Positions 11,950 to 24,393 of a stretch of DNA of 64,000 nucleotides are shown here, piece after piece. The notes under the pieces are model-generated. The model was not told where the DNA came from. It saw only the letters and a list, made by a program, of their open reading frames with translations, and did not search any database. Source of the stretch: Spongospora subterranea f. sp. subterranea. Lineage: Eukaryota. The stretch spans positions 1 to 64,000 of the forward strand of contig JAUGWO010000145.1 in assembly GCA_049724395.1 (NCBI GenBank). Reading direction: 5' to 3'. A program made the position numbers and the translations under genes. How positions within the stretch are numbered: position 1 is the first letter of the stretch; each line of letters starts with the position of its first letter.

Positions 11950-13660
11950 TCTGGGGTCGCACGCATTTCCGGTTGGCGAATTTCGGTTACGGTCCGCGGT
12001 CCGCCGTCAACCGCTTCGAAATCTTGCTTGGCCAGCTGATTTTGTTCCATGAGCAAACTTGTTTTTCTCGGCGACACCTTAGGCAGTCACCGTTGCCGCA
12101 TTCGTCATCTGTTCACGTGCCAACTCTGAATCCTGCGTCTTCAATGTCTTGTGGAGCCGCTGAAACGTTCTGGAATCGTGTTTTGGCGTTATACAGTGAT
12201 CAACTTGAAGGCCAAGTTTGTCCAAGAACTGGACGTCTCTTCCAGCAAGACGTTGCCAAATCTGTGGAAATATCAACAGAAGTTTGCATGACGTGCCCTC
12301 TAGTTGGTCCGAAGCTGACGTCATCAAAGAAGCGTTGACTAGATTTGCCGATAGCCATAATGACAAAGCAATTTAAGTGTATGCTTGCTTATCGGGTCTG
12401 TGAAAGACAACCCCAAGATCAAATCTTATGGCCAGCCATATGCATCTCAATCGAAAACGGAGGTTGCTGCTGAGGCGTTTACTACACCGGAACGCCGATC
12501 GGTGCAAAGCGAGTCAAAGCATTGGAGACTTCAGAGACTGCACGTGAAAAGATAGCAAATGCGGCAATGGTGATAGCAAATCGCAGGCGTACTTTCGTCG
12601 CAAGCGGGAAGTGGTTCATCAAATTGCATTCTCCGGAACACGTTGCCATTACCAAATCCAAACATGATCCACAAGATCTCCCGTCAGGTTTTTATGAATG
12701 TCCAAAGAACAAATCCTTCGGATATTCGCCCGTCTTTGAATGAAATCGTGAACTGCAGGTTCAGCCTTCGCGAACCTGATATTGATCATAATTGTTGCGA
12801 CAGAAGTGACTTGACCTGCTTCGAGCTCCCTTTAATCTTCTATAATCATATTGTGCATGATTACGGCAGCAGCGATCATTCTACACCTTTCAGGCAGCTT
12901 CCTGTTTCTGGGCAACAAGTTTCTGCTTCGGTCCTGGGGAAGGACCTGTCCAGAACGTTGATGTCATTGGTTGATCCTGACATGTCGAAGAACGCATGCC
13001 ATATCCACAATTACAGATCGGCGACTGCCTCTAAGATAATCGTTGGTTTCTTGTAGCGACCTTCATAGACTCCTGCCCAGGCTTCTGGACAGTTATGCCA
13101 TTTTCAAATGGGTGCAATCTACTCTGCCCATCATCCCTGGAAAGCCCCGGTCAGAGTTTTCAAAGCTGCCATTGTCGGCGACCTCAAGTATTCGTCACCG
13201 AATATTGCAACTGTTGCACTGGCGAGGCATTCCAGACTAGTGCTTTCAGCCATGCGAACGTATTCATCCAACGAATCCGCCGAGTTTCCGTAGCCATTGA
13301 ACCCAACGCTCATGTAATTTTCTGGCAGGATGACAGACCTAACAGACCAGTAGCATCACGTCGCTGAGCGAAATACTGGTGAGCGTTAGGCACCCGCGTC
13401 GTGATTTTTTTGGAACAGGCGACGACTCATCCTAAAGCGGCGTCCGAAATACTTTCTCGCCATACGCTGGATTTGGCCCGAAATATTCGTTCATCAGCCG
13501 AGTGTGAGCATTGGATCGATCGCGGTGGACATTTCCTCTGAAACGTTGAGAACCATCTCTGGCGCGATCGTTTTCGTCTTCCTCATTTTCTGAAGAGTCC
13601 CATTGAGCGTGTAGTACAAACAACTCGTCGACATCGTCGTCGAAATACATTGTGGAGATG
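11950..13660. mobile_element. Decayed two-gene PIF/Harbinger-type DNA transposon (Plant_tran-type transposase on - strand, NAM-associated/Myb-like ORF on + strand)
   Basis: Minus strand: AHTRLMNEYFGPNPAY, LDEYVRMAEST, FGDEYLRSPT, KPTIILEAVAD*LWIWHAFF..SGSTNDINVLDRS, with stops and frameshifts. Plus strand 12050-12740: ETFWNRVLALY and PIGAKRVK motifs. TIRs not identified. Confidence 0.8.
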
Positions 13661-14384
13661 TTCGGTGCTCCCACGTATTCCTGGTCAATCTGGTGACGTT
13701 TGCCCGAAGCCTTATCAAACACCCGAAACTCGACGTCTCCATAAACATGACCTTCCACTGCGTTCAAGTGCAATGCGATCCCAGAATTTTTGGGTACGCC
13801 GCGCTGCTGCGCTCTGCTATGTACAGGCGAAAAGTGAGAGCGCCGCGAATAAACTTGTGTTTGTTTTTCACGAAACAGCATGCCGGAGGACTCCCTGCTA
13901 TCCTGACAAAGATGGGTGACGGTGTGAACGGTAGAACCGGATCTTCGTACTGCTTGGCTCGGGATCTGGTATTTTCTGTTGACCATTCACGCCGTCACCC
14001 AGCGTTTCAGGGATAACAGGGAACCCTCTGGCATGCTCGTCAATATCAACGAAACACACGGTTTGACATACCCTTCACCATGACGCGAACCAATAACACT
14101 CTCAAAACTCCATCAGTCCCGGGGTGAGCAATTCGAATCCGATCATTAATGGGAAACCTGAGCAAGTTTTTCCATAGGTCGAATTAATGATGTTATCTCC
14201 TTCTCCGGAGGCCTCAAAGTAACCGGGTTTCGTTCGATAATTTTAATATTGGCGCGAATGTTGCGCCAAGGCCGATCGCCAGACTTCAGGCACATATCCC
14301 ATTTTGATGGATTTCATGCTGTCTTCATCATTGAGGTCTTTGTCACTGGCATCGATGGTGTGAACCGCTTCGGATAAACAAAGT

Positions 14385-15060
14385 ATAAACCCAACGCTCA
14401 GTTATCGGCACACGTTGCAGACGTTTCCCAGTGCCAAGTCGCCGGTCCTCGGTAAGGGCTATGAACGATGAGTACTCCAATGCAATGTAGTTTCGGCCAA
14501 AGTCGACGAAATCCTAGGAAGAGTCGCATTAACTCTGAATGGCTGGTCCTACAGAGTTAATGCGACTCTTACATAGTTGATACGCTGCACTGGATCGATC
14601 TCCGAATTCATTCCTCAGCATGACATTTTTCAATTCCAATACTTTCCGCGCCCACACAACCAAAAGACGACGTCTGATTTAGTGATTTCCTTTTTCAAAG
14701 AATTCAATATTCACACTTGCGTTCGTGCTATAACTACCGACAATGGCGGTGAGCTGGTCCCAGCGATAGATGGTATTTGCCGTTACCTCAACGACGAGTT
14801 GGCAATGAGTGTGGGAACATCCGAGAATTTCCATATGTGCTGCATGTGCCACGTCATCAACCGTGCAGTTGTCGACGCTACAGGATTGATCACGGTTGAG
14901 GTGGGAAGATTACAAGATCATGGAATGATTTGCGCCTACAAAGTATGCGGAGTGTTCTACTGGCGAACGATTCGAATAAATTTCAACAAATCTCGCGATT
15001 TTCCGACCTCAACCTTGACAGTCCCTTTGAGCATCGACAGCTGCGCGCTAGCTCCATATG
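14385..15060 (+). mobile_element. Decayed hAT-superfamily transposase fragment
   Basis: VALTLNGWS (TxDxW-like), HWID, ITTDNG and a CxxH motif (CMCHVIN) in hAT order, interrupted by stops and frameshifts. Confidence 0.7.
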
Positions 15061-15362
15061 GAACCTCCTTTTTTGGACTCTACAAGTTAGTGTTACGAAC
15101 GGTCGTCGTTGTTGAACAGCATTTGACCAGTGTCGGAGATGTTTTATTTAGCTACACGGTGTCCAACCCAGTTGTATCGGAAGTGGGAAACGAATTGGCC
15201 GTGAGAGCAGCCCTCATGGGACGGAATCTCCGTGACTATAGACTAGGTACCTCAGTAACAACTGCAATTGGGCCAGTTTTGTTCCAAAATATTCAGTGCG
15301 AATTGTGTGTTTTTCAGAGTATTCAGTCGCTAATCTGTTATCGGAGCGTTACCGACATCATT

Positions 15363-16048
15363 ATGGGAGGGGTATTCTCGAAAAAGAAGTCGACTGAGAA
15401 GGCCAGCCAGCAGGCGACTATCACAGCGAAGGACAGGGCCGTTCATGATTTGAAAATCCAAAGGGATCGATTGAAGAAATTTATCGCGAAAAATGATTTG
15501 CTGGTCGTTAAGGAAACCAATCTGGCTAGGGAATTAGTAAAGGCGGACAAGCGCAATAGAGCGATTTTGGTATTAAGGAAGAAACGATTGCTTGAATCAA
15601 CAATTGAGAAATCCATGGCGAAATTGTCCAACATTGAGGAACTTGTAAATTCGATCCAATTCGCCGAGATGTCTGCCCAAGTATTTGCTGCTCTTAAAGA
15701 AGGCAATGAAACGCTAATGCAAATCAATGTGACAATGGTTTGGTCGATCATTCATCGCCAAGATTGTATCTGCTTCATTAACACACCTGGGAACAGGATG
15801 TCGATGACGTGGCGAAGTTAATGGAGGACAGCGCTGAAGCGATTGCATATCAGGATAAGATCTCGCAGTTGCTGAGCACCTCAATGACGGCCGATGACGA
15901 TAAAGCTGCTGAAGACGAACTGGCTCTTATCGAAGAGGAAGAAATCTCCAAGCTCAAGCTGCCGTCTGTTCCCGAGAAAGAGGTAGTGGCTAATGAGGAG
16001 CAAGTCAGAGAAAATGAATCAGATACAAGGGAAGTTATGCTTGCGTAA
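15363..16048 (+). CDS. VPS20: ESCRT-III subunit VPS20/CHMP6 (Snf7 family); exons 15363-15737 and 15797-16048
   Basis: MGGVFSK myristoylation-type start, DRAVHDLKIQRDRLK, ALKEGNETL, acidic tail LPSVP. One 59-nt GT-AG intron keeps the frame. Confidence 0.9.
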
Positions 16049-16959
16049 TTATTGTACTTCAACGGCAATCTTGAACAGTATTTATTTCAATTCATCATTT
16101 ATTTCTTGTTTCTCGTCGATATGCAGATCGAAAATCGTTTTAATCAACGATAAACCGTACATCAAGGTAGCTCATGCTATGTGCTAGTTCAGTTTGGCTT
16201 TGGTCCCCATCCCCCTTTTGGCGTGGCTTTAACAGCGATAAACTTGCCTAAAACATCCAAGCTTGGCCCTGATATTCAAATACCGTTGTTGATAGACAGG
16301 AATACCCCAACACCGTCTTCTCCATTATCGCCAGGCAATCATCGTCCATATCCCAATCCGGTTCTGAGATTATCCCCTGACCCATCGGCGTCTCCAGTAG
16401 AATACTCCTTATTGAATGGCGGCCAGCAATAGTCCACCATCCCGTTCCTCCTGATCGGCAGCAAAAAACCGGCGCCTACAATGGAAGTCGTTGTAAATAA
16501 TTTGAATGTATTAAACGCAAACTTCTTTCTTGGTGCTTTGTTTTTGTTTGTTATACAGGTTTCTCCGACTGGTACGTTGCGACAACTGCCATGGGTAAAA
16601 TAAGTGGGCTGACTAACAGCTTGGTCGCAGCATGTGTTACGTGCGACCCTCACCCACCCATGTTACCATCGCTCATCCTTGATGAACCCGCACTGCAGCT
16701 GCATGGCAAATCGTTACCAGGTAATGGGGGTCAGTGCGAATCGTCACTCTCCGATCACGTTTCCATGGCTGACGTTGCAAGCCGCTTGCCTGTGTGGGTC
16801 CGAATCAGTGCAGCCGAACAGAGGAGTTGACTGCTGGAGTGTTCGACAGTCGCAACCCCTACGAAAATGCGCATTCCTTTATTTGGGGCGGTGCTGAAGA
16901 ACAGCTGCTGATCACGATCACTCTGGGCTGTGTCGATGATGATAAGTGGATAACCCAAT

Positions 16960-18700
16960 ATGATGATGATGGATATGGACAGGACAGGATCCCTACTCAG
17001 TGATTTGCGAATAAAGCTGTCCTGTGCCAGATGGTAATTCGTGTTCCTTACTCAGGCGCGTATCCGGAGTTGATCATCGGTTTATAGCTGCCAGCTGCCT
17101 TCTGAATCCTACTCTTCGGCTGTTTGTGATCATTCATTCTGCAGGTCGACGGTTAGGGTTTTTTGTGTAGTCGTCATTTGACATTCGTGTTCCGGCAAAC
17201 ATAGCTCGTGTAAAGATGTAATTCTGTCGTCCACCCGGTCTGAGTGCAGCCAATGCAATGTCCCCATCTGGAGAGATAATCTTCGGTTGAATCTACCATT
17301 GGGAAACATCGTCAAGGAAGTTCGAAGTTTACTCAACATGGTTTCGGTGATTGAACCTGACGGTATAGAGTTATTGCGTTCATCAATGACCGATTGACGT
17401 CTCTGTTTTAAGGCGTGGGCAAGGCCAATATCACAGACTGCCCATCAGACGGAGAGGAGACAGTGGATGAAGACCATCCTGAACAGTTCCCTGAGGATAT
17501 GCAGGTAAAGCAATATCTCGTATACTTTTAAGATTCTTGACTTTTCGTCCTCAGTCACCTCCGCTCAACGCCTCGCCGTCTCATTCACTAAATTCGCTCC
17601 GATATTCCGCTAAGTTTCGCTGTACGGCCTCATCAGTAATCCGGCCATCTGTTTCTTATGTTTTACATTTCAAGGGAGATTCTGTTGATATATTGAACAT
17701 ACGCCACCAGCGTATAGATGCATCATTCAATGTGTTGAACCTAACCGAATCTCTGACAGCGGTCCCACTTTCGGTAATCTGTTGCACCCTTTGATAATGA
17801 ACTGTTCAAATAATATAATTCCTAGGGGAGCGTCTCGAGCCCTGTGCCAATATCTCAAGAGTTGGTACCTAGTCAACCTGGAATTGTTCGGTTTGTGCTC
17901 TCCGGGATCGACGCCTTGCAGGTACTGGTATTGCAGGAAATCCCTGTGAGTACTGACTGATCGGATTGCTGTTCAAGGGTAAAAAAATTGTAGACATGTG
18001 TCTATCATTAGGAGCAGCGATAGCCTTGTCCGATTCTGAGGCGACACATTTGATAGTATCTGTCGACAGTAATTGTCGTGCCAAGCGAACACTGAAATAC
18101 GTGCATGCTCTGTTAAGAGGGGCATGGATTGTTACGATGGAATGTATGTCCGGTTTGTTTTCATTTTCCTCAGGCATACTCATTGTTTTCAGGGGTTGAA
18201 CGATCGTTCCATAACGACAGATGGCTTAACGAAGCTGCATTTGAAGTTGCGGGCGACTCGTCATCATTGGATGCGTATCGTATTCCGGAACGATCTCGAG
18301 TACGTGGTTTCATTATTTCCAAGCACATTTTCAGGCTCTCTGTGTACAGACGTCGTCGCAGCGGATTTTTGCTGGGTTGATATTCATTCTCGATGCGGGA
18401 TCAAACCTCCCGAACCTAACCCAGGCAATTAATTTTGCTGGTGGGTCCATCTTAGCGATGCCAACCACTGCCATTCCTAAGTGCACGCAAAACGTGTATT
18501 TGATTTGTCAACACGACCTACCGCTTCAGAGGTATGGCGTTCTGTTTTTGTGCACACATGGCCTTATATCGTCGCGTAGAGCGGGATACCTATATCGAAC
18601 TTTGCAAATTGCACCCATCTCTCTGGCGTGGATCTTCGATTCATGTAGTCGTTTGCAGGTTCTGCCAATCACAAAGTACAGGTTAGACGTTGTCCAATAA
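16960..18700 (+). CDS. BARD1/BRCA1-like RING finger + BRCT protein, multi-exon
   Basis: Splicing 17034-17087 and ~17144-17204 gives LSCARCCQLPSESYSSAVCDHSFCSSC...CSQCNVPIWRDNLRLN (C3HC4 RING, BARD1-like). BRCT motifs ATHLIV...RTLKYVHALLRGAWIV and ISLAWIFDSCS are at 17966-18700. Confidence 0.75.
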
Positions 18701-18870
18701 GCGGTTCCAGTTTCCGATTTTTTTCGGAATTCGGTTGCATTATAAACCGAGGCAGCAAACGATACAGCAAGGATTGGAAATCGGTTTTCCGATGCCGAAC
18801 GTCGACGTGAATGGAAATGGAGCGAACAGAAATTAAATCATGTATATATAGTTTTTAGATATCAGTCGGC

Positions 18871-20439
18871 TTAAGCTAAATCATGACCGCCAATATCATC
18901 ATGATGCACCAATATGTCGGGGATCACCGAATCCATTATCAAAAGGAGCGCGATCAGTACCCAGATCGCGGTCACCGAATACGTATCCCATATCTGTCGT
19001 CGACCGCGATCGGAACGCTGGCTGGTTTGAGCAACTTCCTCAATGATAGCTTTCCCAATTTGCTCTGCCACGGCCGTCGCCGTCACCGTGATCTCCGCCT
19101 GGTCATCGCCCACCTCTTTCACGGCCCGCCTCTCGACCTCCAACTGAACTTCGACCAGCTCGGGCTCATCTTCGGCAACGACTTCCGGTATCGTCCAATC
19201 AATGCAGTCCGGCACGGGAAACGTGCCGTCATGTCCAGACCAGTCGGTTCGGCTACTGCCAGATGACACTAGAACCTCACTGACCTCGAAATCGCAGGTG
19301 ACTGGATAGACCGACTTGAAACAGCCCGCGTGTTTGGCGACCAGGAACGCGTTTCTGGTTAGCTTGTTGGTGGTGGTGAGCTCTGGTTCCACGAGGGGCA
19401 CCCGGTCGTGCCGGAGCGATTGCTGTCGGGCCATGATGTAGTTGGGGGATGTGCTGGTCAGTTGCTGCAGACATTTACTGGCGTGGTCGGCGACGAATTG
19501 AGCCGACGGGCGGTCCCTGGGTCTGATCGTCAGGCAGCGGCAGATGAGGGCGCGAGTCTCGGGCGAGATGGCGTCGGAGAGGAACGGCCCGGCGCCATTC
19601 AGCAGTCGCTGGACGTATTGCGGGTCGTCGTGCAATGGGTTTCGCCATTCCATGTTCACCCCGAGTAGTTCGCAGAGGATGATCCCCAGGGGCCAGATAT
19701 CAGCCCGGCAGTTGTAGCCGAACACGCCACGAATCGCAGGGCGGATCATTTCGGGTGCTTCGTATCCTCGCGTTCCCGACCGTCGCGTGCCGAACTCGTT
19801 ATCGGTGCAACTCCCGAAATCGATCAGCTGGGCGTTTCAGATTAACGGGGGAATATACAACAACGGTTGGGGCGATACCAGAGCTTGTAAATCGCTGTTG
19901 ACCACGACGTTGCGAGAATGGAGATCACCGTATATGATTCGTTGCGAATGGATGTAGTGTAAGGCAGAGGCGATATCGCGCGCAAGGCGCAAAACAACAC
20001 CTTCAGGAGCGGCGCGGTACCTGCACAAACAACAACAAGTTGGTCGGGGCGGTGTGTGTTTCCCTGATTGGTGTCCCAGGACCCACAGCATCAACGACGA
20101 CAACGACGTGAACGTGGCGAACTCGGAGATCAACGCCAGCTCGAGCACGCCATTGTCGTCGGGGATATTCGAGACGCCGACCAACGGAAGGATGTTCGGA
20201 TGGCGAAACGACATCCATCGCTGCATCTCGTTTAGTGCCAGCAGGCGGGACTGGGCCGTTGCCATCGGCAGACATTTGACGGCGAAGCGCTGACGACGCG
20301 TGTAGATCGTGGCGCGATAGATCTGGGATCGACCGCCGTAAATACGTTGGCCAAGTCGAATGTCGGTATGGGCGATGTATAGCGCCATGCCTCTGACGTA
20401 TTGCGTCCACATGGACGCGTCCTGAGCTATCGTCTCCAT
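18871..20439 (-). CDS. Ser/Thr (TKL-like) protein kinase with C-terminal transmembrane segment
   Basis: FAVK, HPNIL, YGDLHSRN, DFG (after intron 19828-19878), GTRGYEAPE, DIWPLG. Hydrophobic tail AIWVLIALLLI. Confidence 0.85.
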
Positions 20440-21391
20440 TGTTCGAAGGGCGAAAATGGCGGCGGTCGTTAAGGCCGGGGTGCGAGCGTTGTGCGATTAT
20501 GGGATCATGATGGGCGTCGCGTCGCTGGGGTGCAATGTCGTTCCGCAATAACCTGTGCCTCAAAGCCGTCAGCGCTGGAAACTCTGGCACAGATCATATC
20601 GCTGACGATCCCCCCTTCCCCGATATTTTCAATCCATCCACACATATGGTGCTTATCGATATTCCTCCCCCCCCCGGTTTGTCTCGTTTCTACGAGTGAT
20701 GTCAACGAGCAGGGGCTCGATGGGTGCGAACCAGGGACGGAACTGCATCTGTTGCGGCGATGTGTCTGTGATTATAAGGTCCCCTTTCTAAACAAAAACA
20801 GACACCGCTGCCAGATGTGGAATGACGTAGAGAAGCGCCGCGCCGCAGCGATCACACCGACATCGTCGATTGGATTAGTGGATCTGTTCGCGAAGTGGTC
20901 GGCATCAGGGGGTGGGGGGTCAGAGAACATTATCACCGAAATCGGCAACATTTTCCGCCAAATAAAATCAACGAATTCTGCTGGCCGACCGGGCCAATCC
21001 CCAATACCGACGAGAACCGGCCCATTATGACCTGGGGAAACTTGCACTCGAATGGATTAAGGAAAAAAGTGTTCAGCTCAACCGCCACTGTGGGTGCGAG
21101 AAAATCGCAGGGAGACCGTAGACGGAGTTTCGGATTGCGCGGCGGACTATCGAGTCGAGTCATGTTTTGACCGCCACCCGCGACCCAACGCGGCAGGTAT
21201 CGCTGCAGAGTCGTATCTGCCGGGGCCACAGTTGGATCGCAATCGATTCGACCAGAAACGGCGGCGGTGTGTTGGGCGAACGGGGCCGACTCTAATACAG
21301 GTCGGTGTTGGGCAGACGCGCGCGCCCCCCAGATCCGCCCCGGTTCAGTACTGATCGTGGGATCGCTCTTGGCGATTCTCGTTGTGCAGAT

Positions 21392-23867
21392 ATGAAATAT
21401 GTCCTGGTGTCGGGAGGCGTTGTCTCCGGCCTTGGCAAAGGGATTACGGCGTCATCGATCGGGGTTCTGCTTCAGCATTGCGACCTCAAGGTTTATTTTT
21501 TGTTCTGGTTTTCGCTCCCGTCAATAATGTTGGATTCGCCCAGGTCACGTCCATCAAAATCGACCCGTATCTGAACAAGGATGCGGGGACCATGTCGCCA
21601 TATGAGCATGGGGAGGTCTACGTTTTGGACGACGGTGGCGAAGCCGACCTCGACCTCGGCAATTACGAGTTAGGAAAATAGCCTAACAACCGCCCCGGCG
21701 TCTGTTGCTAAATCCGGGATCGCAGGCGCTTCCTGGATGTGTCCTTGACCAAGGACCACAATATCACGACCGGCAAGATCTACGACCTCGTGATCCAGCG
21801 CGAACGACGTGGTGATTACCTCGGCAAGACCGTCCAAGTCGTACGTTTTCGGATTGCGAGAAATCATTCGCCCGATCGCCCACCCGATAATTGCCATTTT
21901 CAGGTTCCACACGCCACCGACGCTGTCCAGGACTGGATTGAGCGTGTCGCCGTCCGACCGGTCTGCAATCACTCAAAGACCCCCGACGCCGCCCCCGACG
22001 TATGCATAATCGAACTCGGCGGGACCGTCGGCGACATCGAATCGATGCTGTTCGTGGAGGCGTTGCGCCAATTCCAGTTCAAGGTCGGGCGCGCTCGCCC
22101 CCCGTTTTGCTCGGTCTGCGCTGAACGCGTTTGCGGTTCAGGTCGGACGTGACAATTTCTGCCACGTTCACGTGAGCCTGGTCCCGACTGTCGGCGCCGT
22201 TGGCGAACAGAAATCCAAACCGATTCAGCATTCCGTTCGTGAGCTTCGCGCTGGTGGTTTATCCCCCGATATCATCGTTTGTCGCAGCTCCCTTTCCCTA
22301 TCGCGCGCCGTCCAGCAGAAGATCTCGCTGTAAGGCCCATCTGTGCCATCTCAGGGCGGTTTCATCGTTCGCTGACTGGTTTTTCGATGGCGCCCAGGTT
22401 CTGCATGGTGCCGTCGTCGCACGTGCTGTCGGTCCCGGATCTGAAAAACCTGTACCACGCGCCGCTGTGCATGATGGACCAGCGATTGCCGTCCCTGATC
22501 CTGTCGTGCTTGCGGTTCAACGTGATGCCCCCTGAAGATATGCCCCAATGGAGGGAGCTAGCACAGACCTTCGATAATGTCACCTCCCCGGTCAATATCG
22601 GCATCGTTGGCAAGGTACATTTCCGGTTGTATTCGTTTCGAAAAATCCTCCTCCACTGTGTTTTGTTGTTGCAATTTTTTCACAATGTTGTTGTTGAATT
22701 GTCGTTGCTCGTCGTCGTTGCTAACGAACGTTCGTGTTCAGTATAACGGATTGTCGGACTCGTATCTGTCGGTGTTGAAGGCGCTGACCCATTCGGCGAT
22801 CGCCACCAACCTGAAACTCACCATCTCCTGGGTCGATTCGTCGGACCTAGAGCCGAGGACGCAAACCGAACACCCTACGCAACACCACGTCTGATCACCG
22901 CAATGTTCCACCGATAATCCCTCACACCCATTCCGTTTTCAGAGCGCGTGGTCGACGCTGCGATCGGTGGATGGAATTCTAATCCCGGGCGGTTTCGGCA
23001 GTCGTGGGGTCGAGGGCAAAATCCTCGCCGCTCAATACGCCCGCGAAAACCGGGTCCCGTTTCTGGGAATCTGTTTAGGGATGCAGGTCCAGGTCCTGGA
23101 ATTCGCCCGCAACGTCTGTGGGCTGTCAGACGCCACCAGCACCGAGTTCGACGAGTACACTGACCAGCCCGTGATCATGTTCATGCCCGAGATCTCCACA
23201 ACCCAGATGGGCGGGACGATGCGCCTGGGCTCGCGGGTCACCAAGGTCAAACCCGACACGCTCGCCTTCCAGCTGTACTGTGGCCATTCGCAGATCTCCG
23301 AGCGCCATCGTCACCGGTAGAACATCGTTCACAGATAGTTTCCGATCGGGCGGTTTTTCTCAGCGTCGTTTTCAGGTACGAAGTCAATCCGAAATACACG
23401 AAGGCGCTGAAGGACGGGGGATTGGTGTTCTCTGGCGAAGACGTCCTGGCCGAGCGCATGGAGATCGCTGAACTCCCCGACCATCCGTTCTATTTCGGCA
23501 CCCAATTTCACCCCGAATTCCAGTCCCGCCCGTTCGCCCCATCGCCGCCGTTCCTAGGATTCGTTCGCGCCGTAATCCGACCCCCGTTTTTGTTGTTCGC
23601 TTCCATCGCGATTCTGATGACGGTTTGGTTGTTTAGGCGTCAAAGGGGTTCGTGCGCCAGGACCCGGCCCCGTTCGCGGGCGCATCGTCGATCGCGTCCG
23701 GTTCCGACGACAACAAGAGGTTGTCGTCGAGACACCCGTCGATGAACCAGGCTCGATTGGCCAAGTCCATGTCAGAGCTGAACCTGGAATTGCCCAACGA
23801 CAGAGCAGTCCCGTCTTCAACTCAACTGATCGCCAATGGCGATTCTGATTGTCGTGAGACTCTATGA
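21392..23867 (+). CDS. CTPS: CTP synthase, multi-exon
   Basis: [80 protein letters not shown]. Confidence 0.97.
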
Positions 23868-24393
23868 TTGTACCTATCGCTCAGAAATACACAATTTTTT
23901 TAACGAAAATCTTGTTCGTTCTTTCTGTATTTACCCGCCGGATCTCTCTGTTTGTCATTGCCAAAACCATCGTGATCGTGGCGACGGGATCTCGTTTTCG
24001 CCATGAAGACTTGGGTTATATCTAGCCACGATGTTGCCATACATCCTCAACTCTCTCATTGTTGGGGTTAAATTTGTGATTCGATGCGCAAGCGCCGACG
24101 ATTGTTGAGCGCTGGCGCTATGGGGCGGGGCGTCGCATGCGGCAGGGTTTGAGACTCGGATGATCAGGAAGGCGGTAATTGGTTCTCGGACGAACCCGCC
24201 ACGGAAACGGCAATGTTGGATTGGGAGATGGCGTAACAGCACCCGATGGCGATAGCGAAAACTGCCAGGAGAAGTTGGGTGTGTGTTGGTTTTCCCGTCG
24301 GTTGTCCAGTTGTTCGTCACACGATAATTCATCAACACCATTCGACCGACATTCGCCAAGATGGATTAGAGTTTGTGCGTTCGCCGCCTTGAT

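Noticed and set aside
11874..12077. NAP1-like motif (SQFWLLALVN) on the minus strand
   Set aside because: Isolated short similarity. The opposite strand explains the region as the Harbinger accessory ORF.
13651..13670. GGAGATGTTC/GAGCA as Harbinger TIR paired with 11822
   Set aside because: Match too short and directly adjacent to the putative start codon. No TSD established.
14577..15821. 414-aa ORF as a transposase-ESCRT fusion protein
   Set aside because: VPS20 needs its N-terminal MG at 15363. The upstream part is a decayed hAT relic plus a chance open frame starting at TTG.
16100..16950. Gene between VPS20 and the RING gene
   Set aside because: Short ORFs on both strands with stops and no recognisable motif. 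Cannot be supported without transcripts.
18700..18800. Small dyads (ttccga..tcggaa, tcggtt..aaccga) as terminators
   Set aside because: Eukaryotic context, and 6-bp stems arise by chance.
20491..21354. Overlapping ORFs between kinase and CTP synthase
   Set aside because: No domain signal. Expected by chance in a GC-rich divergent promoter region.
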